A stretch of DNA of 64,000 nucleotides from Flaccisagitta enflata (GCA_965153355.1 OZ231126.1:39494001-39558000); one strand, 5' to 3'. Counted from the first letter of the stretch, positions 1 to 42,674 are shown. Notes: a model not told the origin generated them from the letters alone. Program-made: numbers and translations.

Positions 1-3000
1 TTAATTATGTGTAGATCACATCTATATAGGGTTTTGCCTGCGTCACGATTCATCTAGGGACATTTTTTCGCGCTTGAACTCAGTAGGTTCAACATTTTGG
101 AGGCTCTGAATGGACAAGATTTTTTTCATCTGAGATAGGAATTTTGAGAGTTTTTTTAATAAGTCCTACAAATTTAAGAGCAGGCTTACCAAATTCTACA
201 CATGGCATATTCAATCAATCCTGAACCTTTGCTAAAGATTTGGCATCCTCCCTCATATCATAAGTACCATTTTTCATGTCTAGAATAGTATCATATGAAA
301 TGGAAAAAACAATTTTTGCCGTTTTTTAATTTGAGAGAAGTAGTTAACTTCAAGGGGCAAAAAGAGGCTTTGGATTTGCTAGCACGCAGGTAAAACCAGC
401 TTCAGCCGTTTATTTTGGTCAAAAGTGCCAGCTTAATTTTTTTTGTCTTGAGGTGACGCCCTCTGGGAACATAGTGCTATGAAGGCGGTCATTGATGCCC
501 AGGGAGGGAACGCCGTGTATTGAACATATTTTGCAATCATATTATGCATTATTTATTAAATACATGAATAAAGTCTTATGGTGTTGCCATACTTTTGCTC
601 TAGATAGTAGGCAGAAAGTGGATGCTGTAGATGAGGCATGAACGAAACTAAAGAGATGAGAGCTGAGATAGTTCCAAAGTTGGAGCTAGAAGAAGAGATC
701 TGAGGCAAAATGTGAGAGAAAAACAGAGACAAAACCGATTTAACAAGATGACATTTAGATGCTGAAAACGAGGCAAAAACTAAGACTGAAACGATGCCAC
801 AGGCGTTGTTCGCCGCTCCCTTTCCTCTGAAAACGGGTCGGTTTACCGGCAAATAATGGATATGCGCCACTATAGGCTGAGAATAAGACAAACGCATTAT
901 AATTGATAGTCAAAAGACAGAAGCGAAGAAATTGAACGAAAAGGCAGAAGGAGCCGATAGGGCAGAGCGATAGCCAGAGTTACCGCCCAAGCCATAGAAG
1001 GAGATATGTAGCCAAAGGCGGTCGAGAGAAGATGCAGAAGAAGGCTAAAACGCGCAGCCGATCAGCTAATTCTAAAACCAAAGATTTTAGTCTTAAGTGG
1101 ATGGAGAAAATAGAAACAAAGCTTAAGATGTTCAGCGGTGCCCATTGCCCCCTTGTTCATGTAGCTAAGGATAATACAGTGAGTGGCCAAAGGGCTTTAA
1201 AGAGGCTGGTGTAAATTAAATTGTAAATTCGTAGTAACGGAAAAATCTTAAATCTTGGGATTTGATTTAAGAAGTGCATTACAGACTTTGAGACTTGGGC
1301 AATGAGTTTGATTTCGTCCAAGTATAGATTAGACATTGGAGCTGAGGTTAATAATTGGAGCGTCAAGGACAAAATGATGCCTTGAGATTTGGGCGTGATG
1401 GCTTGAATATAGGCTAAAAAATTACTTTTTTTTCGACCAAACTAGGAACGTCAAAAAAATCGCGGGTCATGGGTTTCTTTGGGACGATGTCTCAATACGA
1501 GAGGTCCATACAAAATCGCCGATAAGTATCACACAGTGACTCAATATGATCCCGACCAAGTTGATCACTGATGGCATTTGAATTCACAGACAAAAAATAC
1601 CATTTCTAATTGTTTGACTAGATATGAGACAAACATTTTTTCGAGAATGATCATAGTCTTTTGTTCAAAAGGGATTCAAATACGATTAAAATCATTCTGA
1701 CAAACTCCTAGGGCCCCAAAAATAATTTGTTTAAGCCAATCTTCCATATTTTCAACATGTGGAATAAAAGAAATTCATTGAAGGAACCAAACAATCATTT
1801 CTTTATACAGGCGAGATTTCGTTACAGGCGCGTTTACCTTCCCCCATTTTGTAACGTCTGGGTAATCTTAAGGGGAAACTGTCAGTGTTTATTCCAAAAT
1901 TGATGGGAATCTTCAGCGTGGAAATTTGAACCGGTAACAGAAATCAAGAATCACTGTGAAATTCTTTGGTCTATAAATACGCTCTGGCGTGAGTGTGAAA
2001 GAAAATGTTCTTTTGGATGGTTTCAGCTGGAATCTTTTTTCGTCGATCAGTTAATAAATTGGTTTATTACAAAATGAAGTTTGAGCCAGATGGTAATTGG
2101 GATGAAATTACTGAAAATACGGCCATATTCATTCACCAAAATGCCCAATTCAGGTACAATGGGGCGAAATGTTTCCATCGCATTTTGAAGACATTCTTTT
2201 ATTACCCATTGACATTGTTTAACTAGCTACGCCATACCATGTTCGCTATTAGTCTGTAACCATCCCTTCTTTATAACTGTCCCCTACAGTCATAAACGTC
2301 ACATCTACACTGTTGTGGTGGAGCCTTTGTGTTCTGATTTTTAAATCCCCTTTTTTAGATTAATCTGGTTTTTTTCGCCCACTCATTCTGTCAAAACAAG
2401 TCTCGATGCGTCGCTGTGTCGGTTGGACAGTTAATCGGTTGGTCGGTCTGTCAGTCCGTCGGTAACATTATTAGTTCGCGAACGGCTTTTTGCAGAACTG
2501 CACTGCCTCCAGTCGCCAACCCAGCCGCCTGCGACTGGAGGCTGTGCATCCGGCCTTAATTTTTTCGCTGCAGTATAAATGGATTAAGTTGTCAGGGTCG
2601 AGGTGGCTTGAAGCCAAGTAAAAATCAGCTGATAAGATCATCTATTTGTTTTCTTTTTAACAAACCACCTTTTCTTGAAGCGAACACAATGCATTTTTTG
2701 TTTCTTTCTTTTCTTTTCTGTATTTGCCGCCGCACCCAACAATTAGTACTCGATATTTTTTCTTATGCTTACGCAACAATTGATATTTCGGAAGCCATTT
2801 GAAGGTTCAACCGGGGTGTAAAGGTAGATCCTCTTACGAGCTACTTGAACCTACTAAAAAGGCCTTTAGTGCCTAATTGGAGAAGATGCATCAGTCTAAC
2901 TGTTTTCCTGATATTCTAGAAACCTACCTGTCCAAACGGTTAAAGTACTCCTGTTTTCCTGTTGGGGCCGCGGTCAGCCTGCCTGTCTATCAGTCTATTC

Positions 3001-3814
3001 GTCTGTCGGTTGTTCTCTGGTTCCGTGTGTAATGAGTGGAACATACTTTACTTGATTTGCCAATCTCAGCAACCGAATTCGACCATACCATACTACTAAA
3101 AAAAAAACACACTCTTGAATGAACAATTTTGCCCATGAATCTTAGAAAAAGCCTATTAAAATCTTAGGTCATTTGAAAGCCCTTCAAAAGTTCATTCATT
3201 TGGCGCCAATCTGGTAGCGCTTTCATTTTTTGCTTAGAAATGGCATTGGTTTGAGTGAAAACATTGCCCATTTTGGTTTCGCAAACCCTATGTAAAAATG
3301 CATTTTAGAAAAATAGTGCTTGTCTTTGCAGTGCTCTAGTTTCTAAAATGTTTGAGTTACAAACCTGGGATTAGTCTTGATTGAAAGATGATTTGAAAAT
3401 CTTTCAAAATATCTTTTTTGAAAATAGTTAATAATAATTTTTATATGTACTTTTTTTTATTGATAAATAGGTGCGCTTTTTTTTTACCCAAGTGGTAAAT
3501 CGTCAGCTCCTTGAAAACAAACCGACAAAACAAGGGGATGTCAATTTGTTTACATAAAACACTCTAGATTAAAGTAAAATCGATATGTACAAAGCGAGTT
3601 ATTGTCATCCCACCAAAAATGAAAGTGGTAGAAACTTTTTTAAGACCTTGGCCTTGGTAAGTAAGACAGGTATATAAAGTTTCACTTGCACTGGATATTT
3701 GGTCTCGCAACCTTCGTCTTTTCAAAGGCAAGTATTTGGAGTAAAATCATGGCTCTTTGACCGGATTTTTGGCTGAATGTCAATTTTCTTTTGCCATTAG
3801 TTGTTATGTCCATA

Positions 3815-3912
<98 letters not shown>

Positions 3913-3983
3913 CTCTGTCTCTCTCAGGTAAGGGTTTTTATGAGGCTCCTGCGGAAGCAAGAAGCGACCAGCCAACAAGCAAG

Positions 3984-22082
<18,099 letters not shown>

Positions 22083-24144
22083 AAAGAAAAAATAAATGCA
22101 CGGGAACTTATGTGTCAAACATGCAATTCCGTTGTCTAGGATGGCGTGGCATGATTTTATTATATCACATTGATATAGCATCAGTGCATCTAAAACTTGT
22201 TTTTCTCTTTTGAATTTGGTTGTACTTTTTCCTTTTTGTCTGGGTTTTTCTCCATTTCTCCTTCTTATTCGTCTTTTGGATACTTTTCTCATATTAGAAG
22301 TATTACGTTGTGGGTAAAATCTCTACGCGTTCTTCATTCATGTACATGTATAGGACGTGTGCAAAAATAGGGCGGAATATCACTTATACAATGAACGCAT
22401 AGAAAGCTTACTTTCAGTGGGCCTAGTAAGAGGAAACATACGCAGATGTCCTTTGGGCTGCTAGAATTGAAATTTCACCATGTGCATGCTAGGCCGGCAA
22501 AAAGTATGTTTTTCATACTTTAATTGCCCTCATATAGTCAAAAACGTATCCATTTTATGGCTATCTCTTCAAGTAGAGATACGATTAAAAAATCGGCTAA
22601 TTATCAGCTATCAAGGCTTTATCTAGCAAAAAATTGAAATAGTCTACAATTCTCCCTTGGGCTGCGCTCTCATAAAAATGAATTGTAGCGGTAAATGAAA
22701 AAGATAGTTCAAGACAAATTTACTTTAATTAGATATAAACTCCACAGAAATTACAGACAAGAAATCATCGGTCTGAGATTATTTGAACATCAATCAATAA
22801 CAGAGACACAGACATGATAGAATCTTAAAATCTAGTAATTCTAGACGTGTGTACAATTAAGCACAATCACCAATCAAACATTATCCAAAGGTTGCTCATC
22901 GGCAAGGGAAAATGTAAAGAAATAGTCTACCAGAGTTAAGGAAAAAAATTACCTACAACATTAAGCCAAAAAATGAAGTTTTTCTTCTTGCTTGTCATGA
23001 AGAACTATTTTGTCTACCTCTCGTAAAACAAATACGGTACAAGAAATGTAGATACATCTCGGTTGTCAAAAAAACAAAACAAAACAAAAAACAGTGTAGT
23101 CATATTTGTTAGCTCAGTGCAATTATAACCAGCATAATCAAGTTTGATGCTGGGTTCTACTTCAGGTCGTAAAAAGTCCTAAATGCGGATTTGAAATATC
23201 AAAAATGCAAATAAGCCAGGAAACTCGACTAATCTATTTGGACGGTAAATTATCCGGACCTTAACTTAAGGGCATTCGTAGATGAGGAAGAAAATTTCCG
23301 GACAAAAAATATAGTTTCGTCTTTGATTCAAAATCCATCATAGAAAGCTTCTCAGTAGTAAGTTTTGATGGATCAAAAATGAAATTTTTGGACTCTAAAA
23401 GAGCCGTCGTCCGTCCGTCGGCCCGTTGGTCCTTGTTGCTTGAGTTGAAAAGAGTTCGACGTGAATTCCCACTCGCTTCGATGTTTCTTACTTTGTCTTT
23501 GTTTTGTCTCAAAAGTCGCGTACATTAGGCTCACTTAGTATTATTTGCCCAAAAAAATTCCATCACAAAATGCAACGACCGTTTCTTATGTTTTACAGAT
23601 AGCTCAGACTTTTGAGCCAATACCCACCAACACGACTTATTGCCTCCATTCAGCATTGTTCGATGTATCATTTCACTTGTGATAGGGGGCAAATCAAAAT
23701 TCACAAAGCATTGAGAAATATTGACTGGTTTAGCATGGTTTATCAAAAACAAAAAATCAACTTTAACTACAACTTCAATGAAACCGGTCAAGGAAAGCCA
23801 AGGGCTTGTAGCTCCGGTACTATCTTGGAAAAAAGTTTATCGCATTTTTGACTAAAAGGCGTTTTAAAGACCAGATGATACAATAACATGTCTGTAACAA
23901 TCTTGATACTTGGTCTTTGCCCTCCTTCACCTTTTCAAACGCTCTCCTGCGTCTCAGCATGCTTTTGCACTGCGGCTGAAGGTATCATAGTGTGATCTTC
24001 CTCCAGACTTGAGCGCGATTCTTTTGCCATCCATGTCGCACATTCCCAACTTTGCCATTTCTTCAATTGGGCCCAAACTGATTCAATCAGGTTCATATCT
24101 GGGCTGTTTTGGGGCCAACTGGAGCCATGTTTGACCTTTGACTA

Positions 24145-24737
24145 ACCATAAGTGCAATAAAAATGGCCGATTTTTGAAAGGTCTGTAAAGGATCAAAAAT
24201 TCATCTGAACATAGCAAAATTCATGACACCTTGAAAGCCCTTCAAAAGATCTTTCATTTGAAACTTTTGTGGGACCACTAACTCAATGAATATGCAAATG
24301 AGAGTAAGATTAGCAAAACCGCTTAATTTTGAAACTGCCCATGGTATCTTTACAAAGTTCCATAAAAAATCACAGGAGACGTTGCTCGATATTGATAAAA
24401 ATTGAATTGATATTGGGGCAAATACAGGTAAACTAGCCCCTAAAATTTCATCAAAATCGATAAAGATCTTCTATCATTTTTACTCATCTAAAATATTTCA
24501 GAAAATCCGAGAGACAAATTTGGCCCTTTTTTCATGAGGTGGCAATTTAGTTGTTAGCCCATAATCTGTCATATTTTCTAAAAGAATCGAGAAAAAATTT
24601 GCTGCATGGACTCAGATGAAAGATAATTTTGATATGTTTCTACAATGCATAAATTTTAGGATGGTCCCAAGAATCTTTTGACCAAAACCTGTGCTCAAAG
24701 CTGTTGAAAAATCGGCCATTTTTATTGCACTTATGGT
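24145..24737. mobile_element. TA-flanked MITE (Tc1/mariner-type)
   Basis: Perfect 31-bp TIR ACCATAAGTGCAATAAAAATGGCCGATTTTT with TA on each side. Confidence 0.88.
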
Positions 24738-25630
24738 TATGTGCCTTTGAAGCCATTGCTTCGTTGAGACAGCCAGTGAGCGGGCGAGCCATCTTCCATG
24801 AACTGGGTTTCAATAATGCCATTTTTATGTCATTTTTCTAAAGAGATACCTAACTTCATTCAGCTCTCATTTCTAAACGGTTTGATGCACATTAGTGTGG
24901 TTGGTGCCAACTGCCAGAAAATTCAAAGACGTTTCAGAATCTCACCAATTTGTCTAAGATTTTTTTGTTTGCAAAGGAGATATGTGGCTTTAAGTGATGT
25001 GATAAACTTATTTCCAAGGTTGTACATAAAGTCATACATCTCCATTCATGCTATCGGCTTCTACAGATACCAGTTATCCATTTCTGTTCAAAACATCCAT
25101 TGGTATAAAACTACCAAAAAAAACAAAACACTCCGATAAAAGGGTTCCACCTTATCATTGCATAAATTGGTATTTTTACCAAAGTGTAGCCGTCCTGTGT
25201 ACCCCATGATAGAAAGTTGTCTACGACAGTCCGATAAGGTCAATATTTGCTAGAAGCTGAAATAAATTATTCTTGTTTGATATCCCGATCAATTGCACTC
25301 AATCGAGTTTTTACAAGCTTTTGATAAGAATGACTCACGAATGGCGGATGACGGATGACTTGTTTTTCGGGTCTACTGCAAAGATAAAAGTCGTTTTAAG
25401 GGACTTGAGATTTGAAATGGTGAATGATGCTCTTGGTTTCGCTTGTAAAGCGAGAGCACAAAAAATGGGTCTAAGGACGCTCAGGACGATAAAGAACCTC
25501 TTTCAGAATATTCCTCTCAGGAGGCACAGACTGATGCACCGATCTGTGATGATTTTAAAAAGGTTGTGCATGAGTGTCTCACTCTCAGTCTTCCTATGTG
25601 TTCCGTCTTCCACTGTCTTTCTGTCTGTCC

Positions 25631-25698
<68 letters not shown>

Positions 25699-25704
25699 AC
25701 AACT

Positions 25705-34395
<8,691 letters not shown>

Positions 34396-34733
34396 TTTAC
34401 CACTGGTATATTACCAGTTATTTGGGCGGATGAAATTTCCTTGAGCGCGCTTGCATTCTTATTTGGGCCAAGTTTCTGAGTAAATGTAGTCTACTTTGGG
34501 AAGCATCTCATTTGATGCAGTTCAGATGTGGAATTTCTTGTACATCATGCTTATAACCCAACCATAAAGAGAAACAAAATTCTCCACGATAGAATATCGC
34601 CATATAAATATTTGTATGTGTGGATGACTCTTATTCTGTTACTTTGTAGAAAGGCGATTGGCCGGAATTTTGTTTTGAATTGAGCCGCTTTTTTGGTGCT
34701 GATAACAGAAAAAAACACCGCCGCTGATAGAAA

Positions 34734-34902
34734 ACAAGGCCGGATACACGGCAATCCAGTCGCGGACAGTTGGGCAGGAGCAGTAATGCGAAACCGCTCG
34801 AAATTCAAAAATGTGACGGACGGACGGACAGACCTACCGACCGACCGACCAACCTACCGACCGACACGGCAAGGTGTAGAGTCGCGTGTCCACGACTAAA
34901 AA
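34734..34902 (-). mobile_element. HINE/DINE-1-like element, family A
   Basis: AACAAGGCCGGATACACGGC...GTAGAGTCGCGTGTCCACGACTAAAAA. Confidence 0.75.
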
Positions 34903-35392
34903 TCCTCAGACAACGAGACCAACTTAACTGATCCACTCACTGTTGCTATGTTGACTCGTGACCGTGGCTTCAGCCTTTGGCAAAAAAAACATTTCATTTA
35001 TGTCGTCGTCGTTAAGATTTAAGGGTTTGTGGAGACGTACAAGTGAAAAAAGACTTAGGTCAAGATTATGTCACTGCAAATGGGTTCGCCGAAGGAGACG
35101 CCGATGGCAATGCATAGGACGACGTCACTAAACAAGAAGCGGAGATGTCTCGTCAATACACACAATACTCACAAGAAAAGGTGTAGACGCCAACAATATG
35201 CAAGACGGGATGCCGAAATTACATAAGATGAGATGCCGACGCTAACACTTCATGAGACTCGAAACTACGCAAGATGACTGTACAGTGTGCACCAGAGGAG
35301 ATGCCGACGTTAACACTTCACAAGACGCCGGCACTATATTACGCAAGATGCCGTCGCTCCCCTGATGACTGCCGACTCACCTTCTCGGAGGG

Positions 35393-35439
<47 letters not shown>

Positions 35440-35629
35440 ACGTTCTTTCACGTGAGTCGTTGACGAGTTCTTCGCGTGTGCGCGCATAAACTATTTTTTC
35501 GAATCTCTTTCTCACTCTCACCCTCTCTGCCTTACCCAAACTCTGACTGTCTATCTCCGTCTCTCAATTTTCCTATTAGTCCGTCTTTTTAGGCTTTGAG
35601 TAGGGACGGGAGAGAACCAATTTCTTTCC

Positions 35630-38600
35630 CAGTAGGCGACTAAACTCTGCTGAAGTATCATCCTGAAGGATCTGCATCATTTCCTGTGCCCAAAGTTGCT
35701 GAAAAAATCGCCCTCACCCACTATGTTTGTCATCTATATAAGACCTAAGAATTTGTGGCCAAAACTCAAGTTTGTCATGTCTCTTTGATCCTCTGAGTCT
35801 CACGTTACATGATAGATGCTTTGGTTGTAACACTAAATGATAGTTGGTAATGCTGCTTGGTGTAGCTGTGTGCAAAAGACAGTGAAACAGTAAAGAATAC
35901 AGTGGTTGCTGCAAATTGCTGCACTTTGGGTGATCAATTACAGCAAGTTTGTTTTTTGAGAATTTGATGAAAAATGCAATGCAGAACAATTTAAGAGGAT
36001 GATTTCCTGAGTGATTGCAGTTTTTTTTTGTTAATTGACACTTGTTTAGGAAAGCAAGCCCTACCTGCAGCAAGAGAATAAGCTGCTGAAGCTTCTCTGG
36101 TTTGCAGCAATGTCCTAATTGTCCTGTAGATTTTGAAAATTTGATCACAAAGACGATCGTGACCACAATATAGTGGACATGATTTACTGAATGATCTCAG
36201 TTAGAACTTTGTAAATATATCACAACTGGGTACATTTTACCTTTGTAGCAAGCTGCAGCAAGCTTCAGTTAGTGTGCAGAAAGCTGCAGTAAGTTGCAGC
36301 AAGCAAGCTCCTTGTGATATTTCACCATTCCTGCTCTCATTGCTTTTGAAAACTTGGTCCAAAATAATATTTAAGTCAGTTTTAACTTGTTGATTGTCTG
36401 CTGGAAAACATTTTCTTTTGTTGCATGCTCCTTCAAGCTGATGCAAGATGCTGCAAGCTGCTACAAGCTGTTGCAAGCTGCTGCAAGCTACAGCAAGTTA
36501 GCTGCATGGAATATTCTTCCCTTGCTACAGATTGACGCAGGGAAACATAAGGCAAGTGGTTCGGGATATCTTATTTCATAACCTTTACAGCAAACATACA
36601 TTAGTATCGGGGCATATACTTCGCCCCCTCCCTACACACTCACACATTCCTGGGCAATCATTTTGGACTGACAGGCAATTGACGGACAGACAAAAATGGA
36701 AAATGCCTTCAACTGAAATTGTAATCAATTTAAAAAGAATGCTTCCCCATTAACATGTAGGTGGGCACAGGCAATATTTGATGTCAGTCAAGATCGACTG
36801 ACAGACCAACTGATCAACTGACTGACCAACCAACAGACTGACATAGTGGGTTGTAGAGTCACGTAGCATGTGACTGAAAATGGATTTGAAAAACTTAATA
36901 AGTTGCTGCAAGCAGGATTATATCTTTTTAGGTGCGTCCTTCAGGAATGCATCTCAACAAGATATCCGTTTGTCGGTTCCTTCTGTCTGTTCGTTTCACT
37001 TGTGTAAAAACTACTTCTTGGCTTTCTTTAGCCACAGTGAGATCATTCACTAGATAAAAAATCAACAAACATGGTTTGAGAGTCTCTTTTCTACTCTGTC
37101 ATTTGATATATCTGTTTGTCTATATGTCTCTCCGTATAAGTCATTAGTGTATTGCCATTTGTCATTAGTGTATTGGGCCTGTTCTTGAAAAGGAACACTC
37201 AAGCAAAAAATTTTAATCATTGCAATTTTCAGATGCGTGCTATGCAACTCTTTTATTAGCTAAGTGAGTCTGTCGTTGGTTTCATCTGTAGATAAAAAGG
37301 TGCAGAGGGATTAATACCAGGGGATTTGACAAAAAATATGATACAATACAATTAGAGGCTTATTCTCAGTAAGATGGGTCTTAGTCACGTGCTACGCAAT
37401 GGTATACACCACTGTCTGTCTATTCATTGGTCGGTCTGTCACATTTTTTTTCTTTCTTCCATGTTTCTGTGTACATTGGCCTCACTGCTCCTGCTCTAAT
37501 GCTCTAGTGACCGCAAATATGGCAGTATGAACAAAGTTCCTCCGTGTTGTACAGGACTTCATCCCCCTCAGGGTGGTTGCATCGCCTTATTACACTCACT
37601 ATCACAATTGTGCGTGGTTAGTCATTGGAAACCGCTGACCACATATTCCCCTTTGTAATGACAGAAATTTGTCTATTATGGATAAAACTTTTTAGTCCCT
37701 TGGCATCCGTCATTGTGGTATTTGACTGTACTGATTTGAATTATCAGTGGTGATAGAGAGTCTGATACATAGTCAATCATAGGGCTATTCTAATTTTTTT
37801 GTCGCGGACATGCAACTCTATAAGTCACTTTTATGTCCATTGGTCCATTGGTCCTTCAATCTGTCACAAAGTTGCTTTTCAGGGTTTTCCAATCCCGCAC
37901 CCGTCCACAACCAAGGTTGCATGTTTAGGGCCTTGTAAGACTGAGACTGCTGGGCTTGTTCTCCACCAGATCATCAATTGTGACAGTTGAAATAATCTTG
38001 ACATCGATATGCAGCAAAAATAAGTTTTCGACCAAGAGTCTTGCTTAAAAAGACCTAAGGTAAGGAGCAGATTAATGAGCTTAGCATGCTATTATCAGTT
38101 GCATCCACGCAATTCTATATGCCACTTAGTCGGGCTGTCTGTTGGGAGGGGAACCCTTCAAAATTCAACTGACCCATACAACTGGGCTGGGTTAATGCAC
38201 AAGCAGCAGTATTTTGCCTGGAAACGGACAAACAAACCGCAATTTGTAGTCGCATGCTACACTACAACTCAATAACCCGCTATGTCGGTTGACCGGTCTG
38301 TTGGTTGGTCTGATACCATTAGCTTTTTCAGCGTTTTTGGGCATCTTTTGCTCAAGTGACCATTTTAAATCACTGACCCTGCCTACCCACGCGCGACTTT
38401 GGTAGCCGTGTATCCGGTCATGATTGTTTTTAAACGATGCTTACGGATCTGGATGTAATAGGTGAATGGTTGAATGGACAAAGGGTTGGATGGACAGTTG
38501 GATTAACAGACAGGCAGACAGACAGACAGACAGATGCAAGGGCTAGTCGCAAGTTTACACTTGAAGGACCTACATTGGCCATTTCAATGTGTTACAAGAA

Positions 38601-39380
38601 CACTGGCAGGGGCAGAAATGACAAATTTAAAACTTTTGAACTAGAAGTAGATAATTACTTACCAATGATTGAGTGTATTGTAAATGAAGGGATGGAGGGA
38701 CAGATGGACAGATACGCTGATGGATGAATGGATGGACAGTCAAAGTGTCCAAAAGATAGACTGACAGATGGATAAAGCTCCTGATAGAGTTGCTAGTTTA
38801 AAACTATAGGACTCGATTGCCTATCATTGTGTTCTCAGATTTGCAACACTTTTAGTCTTGTGCTGTGCGACTCTACACCCCGCTTTGTTGGTCCGTAGGT
38901 CTGTCTGTTGGTCCATCCGTTGGTCTGTCATCTTTTACTTGTTTTGTTTTTGCGGTCTTTGGCCTCACTGATCCTGCCCAAATGATCAAGTGACTTCAAT
39001 TAGGGCCCCTGCCCTCCCGCACGTGGCTTGGGTATCCGTGTATCCACCCTTGCTTGGCTTAAATTACTACGATGCCTGCAGCAACATGCTGCAACTTGCA
39101 GCAACTTGCAGCAATGATGAGTTTTGTTTTATTAATCAATCACCTGTTACATACAATATCAGCAATCACATAAAAAACGCTTGTCATTGTTGAAAGTAAT
39201 CAGGAATTGAAATTTTTTGTGGCCAAAAGCCCTAAAAATGCAGCAACTTTAATAGGAATTTTGATAATTTACATAGATGAAAAAGATGCTGGATGAGGGC
39301 GATTTTTTCAACATTTTTGAGTCCATCTGACGTTTCAGATTGTTAAGAGGGATGTTCCACCAGACATTGGTCGCCTACTG
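35630..39380. mobile_element. Old 3.75-kb inverted-repeat-bounded element filled with degraded HINEs
   Basis: CAGTAGGCGAC..GAAAAAATCGCCCTCA at 35630-35716 mirrored at 39295-39380; no clear TSD. Confidence 0.55.
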
Positions 39381-40416
39381 AGTGGTGTATCTCTCTTATT
39401 TACCCCTTTGGGGCTCCACGGTCCCCCCGCTACTTTGAGCAAACACATTTTTTTCTTCTCAAGTCTCTCAGTAAATGTAGTCTAAAACTAAAGATTATGT
39501 AACGCTGGGTTTGATTCCTCCCACTTTGGGAAGCATCTTATTCCCTCCTTCCTATCTCCCTTCCTCCGATCCAACATGACCTTCTTTTTTCCTTCTATTC
39601 TTCCTTTCTCCTTTCTTTTCTGCCTTCCTTTCAGAGCAGATACCTATGTTTTCACATAAGGGGAAATTTCTCCTTCTTCTTCATCTTCTTCATTAAATCC
39701 CAGTCGTAAGGCCTTAAGCCATGATAAGGGCCTAAATCTCAAATCCCGAAGTAATGAACCAAATGCAAATTTCAACTTCCAGGCCCAAATCCCAGCCTTG
39801 TGGTTCATAGCCCACCATCGAGGTTAAAACCTTAGCCTTGAGGCCCAAATCCCAGCCTCAACGCTTTTATCTCGGTCTTTTGGCCCAAATCTCAGTCTCG
39901 GGGTACAAATTCCCACGAGCCCAAGCATAGTTTATCAGTCCCTTTGGGGCCGCTGCCGCTCTCACCATCTCATTCTTACTTACACCAACATAGGGGCATG
40001 GCATCGGGCACCGCTGATCATCTAACGGTTCTCATTGTGTTCCTTTTTTCCCCTATCTTTTCATCTTAATCAATTTTTGGTCAGCAGTACAAAACATAAC
40101 GACTAAATGACATATGCAGTCACACAAGAAGTACATCTGTAAAATTGACGAGGTCATACATTTAGGGACTGTGGATTTTTGGTTTTAAATAAGTGCGTTC
40201 TGGCTATTGGCTTTAGATGTCACGCATCAGTTGATTACCTACAGATTGATGATATATATATATAGGCTTCAAGCGGCTGGTAATGGCCTTGAAGAGCTGA
40301 CACCTAATACTTTAATAGCACCCACTACTTCCCCTTACGTATTTGTTTTTTTACCGCCTGTGTAGCTAGCTATAACTGTCTATCCATCCAACTAACTCTG
40401 GTTCATTTAGTAGGTC

Positions 40417-40919
<503 letters not shown>

Positions 40920-41275
40920 GCGTGGGCGCAGTCGCCTTCTTTCTCAAATCCCATCACACATCTTTCTCATCCTATAAACAACATTTCCGCGTTGCCACGT
41001 TCTGGGTCAACCTGTCGCCGTTCCTTCTCTCACCCCACAGCTAAAACCGCCAACCCCATAATCATAGGGCACAAAGGCGCACAGTACCCCCTTCCCCGTA
41101 TCTCACCCCATACAAAACCACAGACCCTCTAATCGCGAGGATTTTTGCCTAATCTAATCCCCTTTCCCATCTCTACCCATAGACAAAATTGCCAACCCTA
41201 TAAACACGGGGCATCGAGGTGCACAGTACCCCCTTCCCCGTCTTCTCCCCCATTCAAAACCGCCCATCTCTTAAT

Positions 41276-41781
41276 CAGAGACCTTGGACGCGGTAAATAT
41301 CATCCCGCGACCACTCCTTATCCACCACGGAAAGCGCCGGCTCCAATCCATTCCGCGTCTTCAGACTTCCTTTTCCCCCCAGTTCCGGTTCCGCGTCCTC
41401 CCTGCCTAAAATTCCACCTCCGGCTCCACCTCCGCCTCCAGGATTTTTTTGCCGCGTCTGCGTCTGTGTCATTTCCACATCTGCGTCTTATCTATTGATT
41501 TTTTCATCTAATTACCTTCACTGACTATTCTACAGTTTAAAATGAAAAAAAAAGAAAGAATGAATGAATGAATGAATGAATGAATGAATGAATGAATGAA
41601 TGAATGAATGAATGAATGAGTGAATGAATGACTAAATGAATGAAAGAATGAAAAAAAAGACAATGAAAAAACACAAGACTACAATTTTGAAAGAAAGAAA
41701 GAATGAAAGAATGAAAAAAATGAAAGAAAAAAAGAATGAAAAAATTAAAGAATGAAAAAATGAAAGAATGAAAAAATGAAA

Positions 41782-41857
<76 letters not shown>

Positions 41858-42674
41858 GAAAGACAGAAAAAGAAAGGAAGGAAGGAAGAAGAGAGAAAGG
41901 AAGGAAGGAAGAAGAAAGAAAAGAAGGAAGAAGAAAGAAAGAAAGGAAGAAGAAAGAAAGGAAGGAAGGAAGAAGAAAGAAAGAAAGGAAGAAAAAAAAA
42001 AGGAAGAAAAAAAGGAAGAAAGAAGAAAGAAACAAAGAAAAAAAAAAGAAAGAAAGAAAGAAAGGAAGAAAATGGAATTTAAGGAAAAACGAGAGAAGGA
42101 AAACAGGAACAGATAGGATAGTGTGAAGATAGAAAGAAAAACGGAAAGAAGGAAAAAGAGGAAATAAAAACAAAGAAAGGAAACTAAAAAGGAAAATAGA
42201 AAGAAAGGAAAATGGAAAGAACGAAAACGGGACGTTTGGCAAACGTAAAGTAAGAACAAAAAAAAAGGACCGAAGGAAAACAGAGGAAAAAAACAAGAGA
42301 AAAAGTGAAGGGAAAATTGAAAAAAAGAAAAAAAGAAAATATAAAAAGGGACAGGTTGGGAAACAAAGCAAAAACACATAATCAGAAACAATGATACAAA
42401 CAAACAATGAGTGAAAGAAAAAAGGGAAGAGAGAAAAAAGAGGAAGAAAGAAAAAATGAGGAAGAAAAAAAAGGCAGACAGAAAAAAGGAAATGGAAAGA
42501 AAGTTTGAGATAACCGCCTCCGCGTCCACGTCTTGGTTTTCACAATTGCAACTGGCTCCGGGTCCGCGTCTCCTATGAAACTCATAGCTCTGATCGCCTC
42601 CGCGCCCGCGTCCCTGCATAATTACCGCGTCCACCGCATCCGGCTCCAGATCCGGCTCCGGATCCGGATCTCTG
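41276..42674. mobile_element. hAT-type non-autonomous element carrying ~950 bp of purine-rich simple sequence
   Basis: Ends CAGAGA(T)CC; perfect 8-bp TSD CTCTTAAT (41268-41275, 42675-42682); subterminal CCGCGTC/CCGGCTCC repeats at both ends. Confidence 0.85.

Noticed and set aside
556..1372. Short ORFs possibly from a decayed retroelement or gene
   Set aside because: No recognisable motif, multiple stops, no consistent exon structure
1532..1958. CACAGTGA..TCACTGTG pair as a Transib/RSS-like element
   Set aside because: Only ~11 bp of inverted match and no TSD
41537..42634. 365-aa Phe/Ser-rich ORF and overlapping ORFs
   Set aside because: Translation of a simple purine/pyrimidine tract inside a hAT element
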